Origin: a virus
Taxonomy: Duplodnaviria; Caudoviricetes
IMG/VR virus record: IMGVR_UViG_2568526700_000003
Span: 5,222-69,221 of that record
Length of the DNA stretch: 64,000 bases
Direction: 5' to 3' (one strand)
The position numbers and the translations under genes were made by a program. Under the pieces are notes generated by a model that was not told where the DNA came from, made no database searches, and was given only the letters and a program-made list of their open reading frames with translations. Shown here piece after piece: positions 20,246 through 30,005 of the stretch. How positions within the stretch are numbered: position 1 is the first letter of the stretch; every line of letters begins with the position of its first letter.

Positions 20246-21182
20246 CCCAACAATGTCACGTAAGTCCGTCAGCAAGATGGAGCACGACATTGAGGATCGG
20301 TATTACGCGATAAAGGTGGCGCTGAAAGCCCTGTTCGACCAGCGCCTGACCGGGAGAGAGCGAGAGGTTAACAGCCACAACTGGCACTTCCTGTGCCACG
20401 ACCACGGCGAAGATGTGCGGCTTTACCAGGTCAACGCTGGCAAGTTCATCTACGACATGTCAGCGCAGGAACTGGCCGACCTGCTCGAAGCGGTACAGGT
20501 TATTCTCGACGATTACCTGCTCGAAGGCGGCGAACAAAGCCTGTGGGCGATGGATTACGTCGCCGCAGAGGCGCAGCGCGGCACGCTGGAGGCCTTCAAC
20601 AACCTCTCGCAGCAGTCGCAGGTGTACGCCAGCCAGACGACGCTACAGCAGCTTTTAAGCAGCCCTGCATACCAGAACCAGATCGCCAGTGCCTACATCA
20701 GCACGTTTAGCGACTGGAAGCTGGAAGCTGACCGGGCGCGCGGTGACCTGGCGAACATCATCGCGGATGCCGTTGGGCGCGGTGTGAATCCCCGCGAAAC
20801 GGCGCAGGTGATAAGCAAGCGCCTTGATGTCTCTATGGGCCGCGCAAAGACTATCGCTCAGACTGAGCAGGTCGGCGCGCTGCGCCAGGCTCAATGGAAC
20901 GAAACGGACTGGGCTGCTGACCGGTTAGGTTTGAATACCGGCTTGCTGTGGCTGTCGGCACTCAAGCCGACCACGCGCAGCTGGCACGCCAGCCGTCACG
21001 GCAAGGTCTACACCACCGAGCAGGTGCGAGACTTCTACGCTGAGAACGGCAACCGGTACAACTGCTATTGCAGCCAGATTCCAGTGCTGCTCAACGACGA
21101 CGGCAGCATTTTCAATCAGGGGTTAGCTGAGAAGCTGGAGAAAGAGCGCAAACAGTGGTCCCCGAATAAAAAGGCAGCATAG
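20163..21182 (+). CDS. Head morphogenesis protein (SPP1 gp7/Mu gpF)
   Basis: RAKTIAQTE, TTRSWH, YNCYC motifs; start codon uncertain. Confidence 0.85.
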   Translation: MATNQNLILWPTLSQKPKSPVIPRSKVDPTMSRKSVSKMEHDIEDRYYAIKVALKALFDQRLTGREREVNSHNWHFLCHDHGEDVRLYQVNAGKFIYDMSAQELADLLEAVQVILDDYLLEGGEQSLWAMDYVAAEAQRGTLEAFNNLSQQSQVYASQTTLQQLLSSPAYQNQIASAYISTFSDWKLEADRARGDLANIIADAVGRGVNPRETAQVISKRLDVSMGRAKTIAQTEQVGALRQAQWNETDWAADRLGLNTGLLWLSALKPTTRSWHASRHGKVYTTEQVRDFYAENGNRYNCYCSQIPVLLNDDGSIFNQGLAEKLEKERKQWSPNKKAA

Positions 21183-21527
21183 TTATTTTTTGCATGGATA
21201 TTTAGCATTCAGGTAAATCATGATTATGGAGCTAGCCTGTTTATCTCGGATGCCGGGGTTGCTTTTTAGATATTCACCGACCATGTCGCCGATTTGCCCT
21301 CTTGTGATTTTGTCACCAGTGCAAACGGCAAAGCCTTCTAGCGTGTCCCACACGCCGGTTACGTACCCCAAATACTCACTTGCATCTACTAAATCTTTTT
21401 CACTTGGTGATGCTTGTTCGGCACGGATTGACGCTTTGTAGAGTTCATAAAGCTCATTGCCAGTTATGAAACCTGCCTTGGCTGGGAGGGCGACTACAAA
21501 CACTAAGGCCAGTAACCATTTTTTCAT
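21183..21527 (-). CDS. Rap1a/Tai-family periplasmic immunity-like protein (moron)
   Basis: Signal peptide; TGNEL..GYVTGV.D..C..T..Q..V..YL..NP..A..L..KYPC pattern. Confidence 0.75.
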   Translation of the reverse strand: MKKWLLALVFVVALPAKAGFITGNELYELYKASIRAEQASPSEKDLVDASEYLGYVTGVWDTLEGFAVCTGDKITRGQIGDMVGEYLKSNPGIRDKQASSIIMIYLNAKYPCKK

Positions 21528-21550
21528 TTTAATAATCCAAAGGGTTAAAC

Positions 21551-22930
21551 ATGAACCTTACCAGTATTCATGTTAAATCCCTCGCCATCAACGCCTCCAA
21601 CATCTCAACGACAACGATCAACGGCCAGGAGCACTACGTCATTCGTGGTGCGGTTCCGATCGTCGATGACATTGTTATGAATGGCGGCCTGTACCCGGCG
21701 GAGGAGATTAACAACAGCTACCAGACGATGGAAGGCAAGCTGATGCCTCTTCCGCACCCGATGGTAGATGGCAAATATGTCAGCGCCAATGACCCGCGGG
21801 CCATTAACAGCTATCACGTCGGTGCATGGGCGCAGAACGTCAGCAAGTCAGGCGACCAGGTCGTCATGGACGTTTATATCAATAAGGCGGTCGCCGAGAC
21901 AAAGCCTGACGGTAAGCGCCTGATTAATCGTCTTGATGAGATGATCGCTGGTACCAACACCGACCCGATCCATCTGTCTACCGGCTTACTCACAAACAAA
22001 GAGAGAAAGTCAGGCGAGTCGAAGCAGAAGAAGTACTCATGGATCGCTCGCAATATGCAGTTCGACCATATCGCTATCCTGCTCGATGAGCCGGGCGCCG
22101 GCACTCCAGAAGAAGGAGTCGGCATGTTCGTGAATGCCGATGGTCAGGAAGGCGAAGTCGAGACTGCAAGCCTCGTTGAAGCCGCAAATAGCCTCAAAGA
22201 TGGCCTGCTGAACAAAGTGAAGTTCTTCCTCACCCACAACTCAGATGCCTCATTCGATGAAATCTACCAGATGCTGCGTGAAGCCATTCGCGCGCCGTCA
22301 GGCAGCGATGTTTATCGCTATGTCGTGACCGTATGGCCCGACAAATTCATTTTCGAAGAGGGCAATAAGCTCTTCCAGCAAAAATACCTCATCGACGACA
22401 GCACAGTCACGCTGGTCGGCGATCCGGTAGAGGTCGTGCGCAAACCTACTGAGTACGAAGTCAAAACCAACGGAGAAACAAACCCGATGAAAGAGAAGAT
22501 GATCGCCGCGCTCAATGCCGCAGGCGTTAAAACCGAGGGGCTGACCGACGATCAGGTCTGGGATGCCTATAACCAGCAGGTTCAGAAGAAAGCAGGCGAC
22601 CAGCCGGGTACTCAGATTAACTCTGACGCGATTACTGCGGCAGTAAATCTGGCAATTAAGCCTCTGACTGACGAGATCAGCACGCTGAAAACTCAGCTGC
22701 AGGCCAACGCTGAAAAAGACCTCAAGACCAAGCGTGAAGCGGTCAAAGCGAAATTCCCGTTCATGACCGAAGCGGCGATCAACTCGCTGGCCGGCGAAGC
22801 GCTGAACGACATGTATGCACAGTGCCAAACCAGCACAGGTTTGAACCCATCTTTCCAGCAGGCCAATGCTGAAAATGACCAGTGGAAAGACTATGACCTC
22901 AACGCTGGCATCGATCAGGAGAAAAAATAA
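21551..22930 (+). CDS. Prohead protease/scaffold (DUF2213-like)
   Basis: Position; LSTG and [13 protein letters not shown] motifs; helical C-terminus. Confidence 0.75.
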   Translation: MNLTSIHVKSLAINASNISTTTINGQEHYVIRGAVPIVDDIVMNGGLYPAEEINNSYQTMEGKLMPLPHPMVDGKYVSANDPRAINSYHVGAWAQNVSKSGDQVVMDVYINKAVAETKPDGKRLINRLDEMIAGTNTDPIHLSTGLLTNKERKSGESKQKKYSWIARNMQFDHIAILLDEPGAGTPEEGVGMFVNADGQEGEVETASLVEAANSLKDGLLNKVKFFLTHNSDASFDEIYQMLREAIRAPSGSDVYRYVVTVWPDKFIFEEGNKLFQQKYLIDDSTVTLVGDPVEVVRKPTEYEVKTNGETNPMKEKMIAALNAAGVKTEGLTDDQVWDAYNQQVQKKAGDQPGTQINSDAITAAVNLAIKPLTDEISTLKTQLQANAEKDLKTKREAVKAKFPFMTEAAINSLAGEALNDMYAQCQTSTGLNPSFQQANAENDQWKDYDLNAGIDQEKK

Positions 22931-23364
22931 TGGCTAACGTCATCTATCGTGGCCCGGTCGAGCGTGAGCCGGAAACCATCAACCTTCCTGTCGCATCTGC
23001 TCTTAATCCGGGTGTTGCCGTAAAAATCGCTTCCGGCAAGTTGGCGGCATCTGCAGACACTACCGGCCGCTGGTTCATCCTCGGAAATCGGCGCTTCATC
23101 GGTCAGGCGATTACTACTGCCTACGCAGCTAACGAGACTGGTGTGGCATATCGCGTGGAGGGGGTGCAGGAATACAACGTTCGCCTGGCAGCAGCAGCCT
23201 ATACGGTAGGCCAGGAGCTGACCATCGGTACCGGCGGCGTATTCAAGGCGGCCGCAACCGGCAACCAGGTCGTCGCAACGTTCGACGAAAAAGCAGGGCG
23301 CACTCTGGCGGCGGAAGGTTTCGCCGACGTGGTGATCCTTTCCACTCCGTACGCCAAGGCATAA
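22930..23364 (+). CDS. Head decoration protein
   Basis: Small Ala/Gly-rich beta protein between scaffold and capsid genes. Confidence 0.65.
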   Translation: MANVIYRGPVEREPETINLPVASALNPGVAVKIASGKLAASADTTGRWFILGNRRFIGQAITTAYAANETGVAYRVEGVQEYNVRLAAAAYTVGQELTIGTGGVFKAAATGNQVVATFDEKAGRTLAAEGFADVVILSTPYAKA

Positions 23365-23375
23365 GGAAAGCAAGA

Positions 23376-24407
23376 ATGTTAAAGTTTACTCCACAGCAGC
23401 AAAAGCTGATTCTCAATGCCCGCCGTCGCTGGGACATGATGCAGCGCAATATGGCTGCACAGCATGGCTTTGCAGTCAACGATGCGAACGGTCAGTTCAT
23501 TGCGTTTGATGAGCTTGTCGGTAACGCCTCCGTGCTGCCGAAAGATGTCTGGGGCGAATGGGACCGCTCTGCGATTACCGTTCAGCGTGACGTGCTGTCA
23601 GTGTTTAACGACCTGGCTGCCAGCGTTTCCCGCCCTATGGCGCTCGGTAAGATCGTCCATTACTTCATGACCCTGTCCGATTCCGGCGATGTAAACATCA
23701 GCCTGGATGGACGCGGCAAGGCGAAGGGCGATCAGCCTGTCATGGATTACGAAGGCACGCCGCTGCCGATCATCGACAGTGAGCTGACTTTCGGCTGGCG
23801 CCAGATGCTGGCAGCGCAGACTGAAGGCTACTCTCTGGACAGCGACGCCATCTCCAACCATCAGCGCAAAGTGGCTGAGAAGCTGGAAGACATGGTGCTG
23901 AACGGCGATCCAAACATCAACGTCGGAGGCGCGACCATTTATGGACTGCGTACTGCCCCTAACCGCGGAACCGGAACTCACGGCCTGACCCTGAACGGTG
24001 CCAGCGGCGCGCAGTGGGTTGCGGCAATCTCCGACCTGATTAACCTGCTGCATAACGAAAACTTCTATGCACCGGTGACGATCTACCTGAACTACAAAGA
24101 CTGGTTCTACGCATCGGTTAACGACTATGCCGCGAACTATCCGAAGACCATCCTGTCCCGCATCATGGAAATTCCAGGCGTGGCCGCGCTGGTTCCGGCC
24201 TCCAGAGTTCCGACCGATGAACTGCTTGGCGTTGTTAAACGCCCCGACGTCGTTCAGATCCTGAATGGCATGCCGATGACCATGCGTCCGAAAGCACGCC
24301 TTAACCCGGAAGATGATTATGTCTTCTCGGTTCTGGCCGCCGCGGCTCCGCAGTTCAAACACGATGCAAATGGCCAGGCTGGTTACGTTCAGCTGACCAA
24401 AGCATAA
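23376..24407 (+). CDS. Major capsid protein
   Basis: 343 aa; position; PLPII..F.WR and LNGD..IYGL motifs of the HK97 fold. Confidence 0.85.
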   Translation: MLKFTPQQQKLILNARRRWDMMQRNMAAQHGFAVNDANGQFIAFDELVGNASVLPKDVWGEWDRSAITVQRDVLSVFNDLAASVSRPMALGKIVHYFMTLSDSGDVNISLDGRGKAKGDQPVMDYEGTPLPIIDSELTFGWRQMLAAQTEGYSLDSDAISNHQRKVAEKLEDMVLNGDPNINVGGATIYGLRTAPNRGTGTHGLTLNGASGAQWVAAISDLINLLHNENFYAPVTIYLNYKDWFYASVNDYAANYPKTILSRIMEIPGVAALVPASRVPTDELLGVVKRPDVVQILNGMPMTMRPKARLNPEDDYVFSVLAAAAPQFKHDANGQAGYVQLTKA

Positions 24408-24446
24408 CCTGTGGGGCTTCGGCCCCATCTTTTTTACGGAGGCCGC

Positions 24447-24734
24447 ATGGCTGGTAAAGAACAACAATGGCTGCTCACCCATGACAGCCACGAACTTAAA
24501 AAGGGCGAAGTTTACAAAGGTGAAACTCTCCCGCTTTGGCTGGTTGGTAAGGCAATCCCCGTGGGAGATCAGGTGCTGGAGGTGGCGACCCCGGCCGATC
24601 TGCAAAAGCTGCAGGCTGACCTCGACGAGGCTAACGGCAAAGTAGAATCGCTAACCGCTGGTAATGCCAAGCTGCAGGCTGACCTCGACGAGGCTCAGAA
24701 ACAAATCGACGAGCTGAAGAAAAAGGCGAAATAA
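24447..24734 (+). CDS. Hypothetical coiled-coil virion-region protein
   Basis: Duplicated KLQADLDEA (27-bp repeat at 24606 and 24669). Confidence 0.65.
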   Translation: MAGKEQQWLLTHDSHELKKGEVYKGETLPLWLVGKAIPVGDQVLEVATPADLQKLQADLDEANGKVESLTAGNAKLQADLDEAQKQIDELKKKAK

Positions 24735-24736
24735 CC

Positions 24737-25117
24737 ATGGCTGACCCAATCACAGCGGCAGACGTGCAGGCGTTCCTCGGTGAGTTGGGTTACTCCATCC
24801 CGGCCGCTCTGCTCGATCCGATTCTCTGCGTGGTGAACAAGATTATCCCTTGCCTCGATGGTGCTGGATACGACGAATGCACGGCAAAGCTCATTCTGAT
24901 GTATGCCGCTGCGCTCATGGCGACGTCATCCGGTGCCCGGCGAATAAAATCGCAGGGGGCGCCATCAGGAGCGTCGCGCTCGTTCGATTACGGAGACGAC
25001 GGCATTACCTGGCTGCGTGACTCGCTGGCGAAACTGGATACCAGCGGCTGCACCAGTGAACTTCCGATCAGTGCTGGCAACACTGTGGGCCTGTTTATGG
25101 TGGTCGGGGGCTGCTAA
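24737..25117 (+). CDS. Head-tail adaptor
   Basis: Synteny; RRIKSQGAPSGASRSF. Confidence 0.65.
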   Translation: MADPITAADVQAFLGELGYSIPAALLDPILCVVNKIIPCLDGAGYDECTAKLILMYAAALMATSSGARRIKSQGAPSGASRSFDYGDDGITWLRDSLAKLDTSGCTSELPISAGNTVGLFMVVGGC

Positions 25118-25290
25118 TGGCGTGGGTTTCAGTTCAGCAACGACTGCCGCGGACGTTTACCCGGGTGTGGGTGATTACCGATACCGGTGAGCAAACGACA
25201 GCATACGTGAAAAGCGACGGCGAGTGGTACATCAACTGCGACCGCATACGCGCCACAGGCGCCGCTGTGCTGCGATGGAGGGATGACTGA
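25117..25290 (+). CDS. Small DUF551-like protein
   Basis: MAWVSVQQRLP...; coupled to both neighbours. Confidence 0.55.
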   Translation: MAWVSVQQRLPRTFTRVWVITDTGEQTTAYVKSDGEWYINCDRIRATGAAVLRWRDD

Positions 25291-25652
25291 TGTCTTCGGT
25301 AGCTAATTGGTCATACACGGCAACGGCGACAATCTGGCGGCGCATACGCGATGCTGACGGTAGTGATACCGACGGCGGAGGTCAGCCGTACGGGTGGGAA
25401 GCGCCAATCGCTATCCTCTGCGACTACCAGGGCGGCCTCTCTGCAAAAATCGGTGACCTTGGCCGGGAAATCGTGGTTAAAAACACGATATGGACCGAGT
25501 ACGCAACGGCGCGGGAGGGAGATTACATCCTGATTGGCGCATCGACCGATGCGGCTCCGCCTGATGAGGCCGACGAGATACGGCAGATCGTCCAGTTCGC
25601 AGATACGTTCGAGCGACTGGCGGACGATTTCGCACTGATTACGGGAGTCTGA
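25290..25652 (+). CDS. Head closure protein
   Basis: Synteny in the neck module. Confidence 0.55.
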   Translation: MSSVANWSYTATATIWRRIRDADGSDTDGGGQPYGWEAPIAILCDYQGGLSAKIGDLGREIVVKNTIWTEYATAREGDYILIGASTDAAPPDEADEIRQIVQFADTFERLADDFALITGV

Positions 25653-25654
25653 TT

Positions 25655-26023
25655 ATGGGCGCTAAAGTTCGCGGCATTCGCCAGGCCAAGGCCAACCTCG
25701 ATCGCATCATCAAAGACGTCCAGGGACGTAAAGTCGTGCGAGCAATCCAGTCTGCGATGCTTATCGGCAGTGCGCAGGCTGCGCTTTACACCCCGATCGA
25801 TACGTCTACGCTCATCAACAGCCAGTTCCGCGAAATCATGGCTAACGGCACCAGGGTAACTGGGCGCGTTGGTTACTCTGCTTCTTATGCGGTGTTCGTT
25901 CACGACCCGGCAGTGAAACAGAACTTCACGCGAGCAACGGCCCGTAAGGAGTTCTTAACGAAGGGCTTCGAGGATACCCGCAGCCAGATTGACGCGGTGG
26001 TGAAGAAGGAGCTTTCGCTATGA
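25655..26023 (+). CDS. HK97 gp10-like neck/tail protein
   Basis: TPIDTSTLINS..YAVFVH..FL motifs. Confidence 0.7.
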   Translation: MGAKVRGIRQAKANLDRIIKDVQGRKVVRAIQSAMLIGSAQAALYTPIDTSTLINSQFREIMANGTRVTGRVGYSASYAVFVHDPAVKQNFTRATARKEFLTKGFEDTRSQIDAVVKKELSL

Positions 26024-26403
26024 CCCCTCCGATGTATATGCGCCTCAAAGACCTGTTTGTGACTGAGGGGCTTACCGCGGGGTTTAAGGTCCAGTGGCGG
26101 CAATGGCGCGATACCGGCAAAGATACTGATCAGTTCATCGTATTCCGGTCTTCAGGCGGCACCGATATCACCTTTGACCTCGGCGGAGACTGGTATGTGA
26201 TGGTTGATGTGATCTCCTCAAAGGCGAATCCCGATGCTGCTGACGCCGCGGTAAACGCCATTGTCGAGTATATCAGCGCGCAATCCGGCGCCGATGATTG
26301 CGTTGGCGCGCTGCGGCTTGTCGGTAATGTCCCGGCGCCGATCCCCACCGAAGAGGGCCGATTAGTAACCCGGCTACTCATCTCCTGCACATACGGCGAA
26401 TAA
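26020..26403 (+). CDS. Tail terminator protein
   Basis: Synteny just before the major tail protein. Confidence 0.6.
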   Translation: MTPPMYMRLKDLFVTEGLTAGFKVQWRQWRDTGKDTDQFIVFRSSGGTDITFDLGGDWYVMVDVISSKANPDAADAAVNAIVEYISAQSGADDCVGALRLVGNVPAPIPTEEGRLVTRLLISCTYGE

Positions 26404-26461
26404 TCGTCAGAATCACCCATCAGGCTGCCATATGGCGGCCTTTTTTAATTGAGAGGCATAC

Positions 26462-27226
26462 ATGCAAGGCTGCGCTAATGACACCGGCAAGCTGATTGGT
26501 AAAGTGGCCGTGCTCCGCATGGCTTTTGGCTGTGCTGATACGGTTCCTGCGCTTTCCGAATGGAAGCGACTCGGCGCCATGACCACCAAGGGCTTTGACT
26601 ACTCCATGAATACCGTCACCTCTGAGGCTGACGATACGAAAGGTCTGGTTGAGAACCTGGTCAACAACATGGACTTCACCATCTCCGGCGAAGGTGAGTT
26701 CCGCAAGAAGGACAAGACGACGGAAGTCGGCGCCATCACCATCTCGAAATATATTTTCGATGAGGTACAGGCAGGCCGTCAGCCGACAGTCTGGGTCCGC
26801 TTCGACTTCACTGGTGAAGACGCTGGCACTTATATCATGGGGTACTTCAACACCACCTCCTGGTCTGGTGATTTCGGCACCTCTGATATTTCCACCTTCT
26901 CCGGAGAGTGGAAAGTAGCTGATGCAGACACCGTGGTATTTGAGGTCGCTCCGCCGGCGCTGGCGTTTACCACCAACCTGCCGACGACCAAGAGCGTGGC
27001 AGCCGGATCGGCTCTGAATATGTCGGTCGTGGTTGAGGGTGGCACTGCGCCTTACACCTACGTCTGGAAGAAAGATGGCACGGTTGTCAGCGGGCAAACA
27101 ACGTCGACCTTCAACAAGGCCGGCGCTGTTTCTGGTGATGCCGGGGTTTATACCTGTGAAGTCACCGATTCTTCCGCGACACCAGTCAAGATCACGTCTG
27201 CATCCTGCACGGTCACTATCAGTTAA
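26462..27226 (+). CDS. Major tail tube protein with C-terminal Ig-like domain
   Basis: Tube domain plus GGTAPYTYVWKKDG..DAGVYTCEVTD Ig motif. Confidence 0.85.
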   Translation: MQGCANDTGKLIGKVAVLRMAFGCADTVPALSEWKRLGAMTTKGFDYSMNTVTSEADDTKGLVENLVNNMDFTISGEGEFRKKDKTTEVGAITISKYIFDEVQAGRQPTVWVRFDFTGEDAGTYIMGYFNTTSWSGDFGTSDISTFSGEWKVADADTVVFEVAPPALAFTTNLPTTKSVAAGSALNMSVVVEGGTAPYTYVWKKDGTVVSGQTTSTFNKAGAVSGDAGVYTCEVTDSSATPVKITSASCTVTIS

Positions 27227-27293
27227 CCACCAGGCCATTTCGTGAATAGTACAAAGGGCGTTCTGCGCCCTTGATACTGTTTATGGAGCGACT

Positions 27294-28013
27294 ATGACCC
27301 CGATTAAAGAATTAGGCGAATGTGTAATCGGATTCGGTGACCGGGAATTCTTTTTCCGGCCGTCGTTTCGCAACATGGCGCGAATCGGTGAGCCCGAGGA
27401 GATTGTTCAGGCGTTCTATGACCTGTGCAATGACGAGGCGACGCCATTCGCGCAGCGCGCAGCTGAGGCCTATATCCGCGATGAGTACAGCCGCCTTCCT
27501 GATTGCGTCCTGCGGTTTATGCAAAGCGGGCTCCTGTCACGCAAGGCAATCATGGCAGCGCATACGATACTGACAGCTTGCTGTGACGATGATATCGGCG
27601 ATCTGGTTGGATGGATGAAGCCGGGGAAATCACGCAAGCGTGGCTTCGTCTGGCGTCCGGGCAGCATGCCGCCGGAAAGTATGGTTATCGTCGCGCAAAA
27701 CCTGATGGTGCACGGCATCATCGGCAAAGCGAAGGTGCGTAAGCTGCAGCGTTACGAAACGAATGAGACAACCGCAGAATTCCGCGCAGCCGACTACATC
27801 ATGGCGGCCCGCAACCATTTCGGCATAAGCCGGGAAGAGGCTGAGAACCTCACGATGACAGAGTTCGCCATGATGATTAACGCCAAATACCCAAATCAGA
27901 ACGGCTTCACGCGCGAAGAGTACGACACGGTCATGGACGAAGACGATCGCCGCTGGCAGGCGATGATGGAGCAGGAACAAGCCCGTAAACCAAATAAACC
28001 AGCCTCGGCATAG
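27294..28013 (+). CDS. Tail assembly chaperone (DUF6246-like)
   Basis: Between tail tube and TMP; FFRPSF and ARNHFG..EA..LTMTEF. Confidence 0.7.
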   Translation: MTPIKELGECVIGFGDREFFFRPSFRNMARIGEPEEIVQAFYDLCNDEATPFAQRAAEAYIRDEYSRLPDCVLRFMQSGLLSRKAIMAAHTILTACCDDDIGDLVGWMKPGKSRKRGFVWRPGSMPPESMVIVAQNLMVHGIIGKAKVRKLQRYETNETTAEFRAADYIMAARNHFGISREEAENLTMTEFAMMINAKYPNQNGFTREEYDTVMDEDDRRWQAMMEQEQARKPNKPASA

Positions 28014-28177
28014 TCCGGGGCTTTTTTATACCCGCAACAAATCGCGCATTCGCGTGCGCTTCTTTCAGCAAGAGCTTTCCGTAGTGTGAGTCTGAGACTG
28101 GGCGGTGGATTTCATCGTTCCGCTCTTGGCTGCCCATGTCTACGCGAACAGGCTCGCACCACAGAAAGGTAAATACG

Positions 28178-28708
28178 ATGAAATATCCAACCGTATCAGT
28201 GAACGGCGTCTCCGTTCGTGTCGATGGCGATGGCCGCTATAACTTCAACGATCTTCATGCTGCGGCAGTAGCAAAAGGGGAGGCAACTGAGTCGCAGAGG
28301 CCCAGTAAATTCCTCCGCAGCGCTCAGGTTAAAAGATTCATCAAAGCATTGCAGTCCAAAGCCCAAAAAAGTGCTTTGGAACAAATTCAACCACTTAAGG
28401 TAGTTAAAGGTGGGGATGAGCCTGGTGTCTGGGGAGTGGAGCTGCTTGCCATTCGCTATGCAGCATGGATTAAGCCCGAGTTCGAAATCGAGGTGTATGA
28501 GGTATTTCGGACGGTTGTTCGTATGGGCATTGGAGCAATGTCCCGCCTGAATAAAATCGACCACATCATCAACACAGAAACAAAGGCTATCAGTCAGTGT
28601 GCAAGCCAGATGGCGAAGTGGGGTATTGGCGGGCGTAAACAATTGCTCCATGCTGCGCGTGATCGGGCAGCTGATGAGGTTCAATTGTATTTGCCGGGCA
28701 TTGCATGA
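28178..28708 (+). CDS. KilA-N domain DNA-binding protein
   Basis: VRVDGDGRYNFNDLH..RPSKFLR..YAAWI.PEFE. Confidence 0.85.
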   Translation: MKYPTVSVNGVSVRVDGDGRYNFNDLHAAAVAKGEATESQRPSKFLRSAQVKRFIKALQSKAQKSALEQIQPLKVVKGGDEPGVWGVELLAIRYAAWIKPEFEIEVYEVFRTVVRMGIGAMSRLNKIDHIINTETKAISQCASQMAKWGIGGRKQLLHAARDRAADEVQLYLPGIA

Positions 28709-28749
28709 ATTTGGAATAGCCCACTCAGGTGGGCTTTTCTTATTAGGCT

Positions 28750-29054
28750 ATGATGAAAATTCATTCTGCTGTATTTCACCCTAATGGGTGTTTTATTGAT
28801 GCACTGAACCAGTCTGATTTCTGGGTGCTGCTTAGCCGCACTTTGGGGTGGGCAGGTTCTAACTGGTGTGCGAATCTGATGAATTTACCCCAGATGGAGG
28901 AATCTTTGAATTAGTGGAAGTGCTACCGGCAGGCTCAGAGCCCCTTTCACCACTAATTCCTTCGTCAAATGTTCTATGGCGTTTGCCGGAAGCTGCCGAA
29001 GCTTTGAAACGATACTCTCCTTCTCAGATTCGGGAATGTTTGCCAGAGAGATAA
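28750..29054 (+). pseudogene. Probable frameshifted small phage gene
   Basis: MMKIHSAVFHPNG..FWVLLS reading appears to continue in another frame (28866-29054 ORF); inferred. Confidence 0.35.
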
Positions 29055-29391
29055 AATCCTCAATGGCTGTAAGTGTTTCTCGATGCAATTTGATGGTTTG
29101 AACTTTCAAAATCGCACCTAGTCCGCCATCCTGAAGTAAGAAATCAATTCCATCTTTTGTGGCGAGCATCCCTCCAAGCGCCACGCTTGTTGTTGCCAAG
29201 TGATTGTGGGAAAACATCCTAATTAAGCCATGCTCAACAAGGTAGCTTATATTTGCCAGGACTTTTTGCGAGTGTTCTTCAGAGTAAAATTCTATATGCT
29301 TACGAAATTGCTCATGTGAAGTTGTTTTGGGGTATGCATCCACAGCGGCCTTAAGTATAAGCAGCTGTAATTCTCTGTCGAACTTATCCAT
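28885..29391 (-). CDS. Hypothetical protein with wHTH-like N-terminus (moron)
   Basis: LANISYLVEHGLI..TKDGIDFL..DGGLGAIL; antisense to the tail operon. Confidence 0.7.
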   Translation of the reverse strand: MDKFDRELQLLILKAAVDAYPKTTSHEQFRKHIEFYSEEHSQKVLANISYLVEHGLIRMFSHNHLATTSVALGGMLATKDGIDFLLQDGGLGAILKVQTIKLHRETLTAIEDFISLANIPESEKESIVSKLRQLPANAIEHLTKELVVKGALSLPVALPLIQRFLHLG

Positions 29392-29532
29392 GTTGATTCC
29401 TTGTTTTTGGTTTACCATCCAACCTACCCTGGAAGCTCACCGCCGAACATCCTGATAAACGATCAGGTGGTTTTGTCGTATCGCTTACCCTCTGCTACGA
29501 TTGCCGCATCATTTACTGAGGGGGATAGGGAT

Positions 29533-29946
29533 ATGAGCTTTGCCAGTCAATCTACGCAGCAAATTTTTCCATTTCCGGCTGACGTTGCCTTTGAAAAACT
29601 TTTAGAGGCTATTCCAGAAGTCGGGATGACGATTAAACAGAAGGATGACACACTTCGCCGAGTTTCCGTAAGTGCTGGAATTTCACTTTTCTCATGGGGT
29701 GAAAATGTGTCTATTGTGGTGAATTCCGACGGCGAAAACTCATGCGTCGTCGGTATAGACTCCGCCCTGAAGTTAGGCGTTAACGTGACAGGTGCACACA
29801 GGCATCAGAAAAACTTCGACAAAATCATTTATGCACTTAGCGGCAAATTAAAAGAGTGGCAAAGGCAGCAGCCTTTAGACCTCGGTCCCGAAAAAACAGA
29901 TGATGAGTATCTCGAAGAGGCCCGAAGAAAAGCTGGGCTAATATAA
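29533..29946 (+). CDS. Hypothetical protein (moron)
   Basis: SD plus ORF containing SLFSWGENV; own terminator at about 29960-29986. Confidence 0.65.
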   Translation: MSFASQSTQQIFPFPADVAFEKLLEAIPEVGMTIKQKDDTLRRVSVSAGISLFSWGENVSIVVNSDGENSCVVGIDSALKLGVNVTGAHRHQKNFDKIIYALSGKLKEWQRQQPLDLGPEKTDDEYLEEARRKAGLI

Positions 29947-30005
29947 CAAAACTCAACCCCAAAACCTCGCTTCGGCGGGGTTTTTTATTGCCCGGAGAAA
30001 AGGAA

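Noticed and set aside
23598-24605. 335-aa minus-strand ORF
   Set aside because: Antisense to the major capsid gene, no recognisable motifs; codon-bias artefact
24606-24695. 27-bp direct repeat at 63-bp spacing
   Set aside because: In-frame coiled-coil duplication; only two copies, not CRISPR or DGR
26420-27238. 272-aa minus-strand ORF
   Set aside because: Antisense shadow of the major tail protein gene
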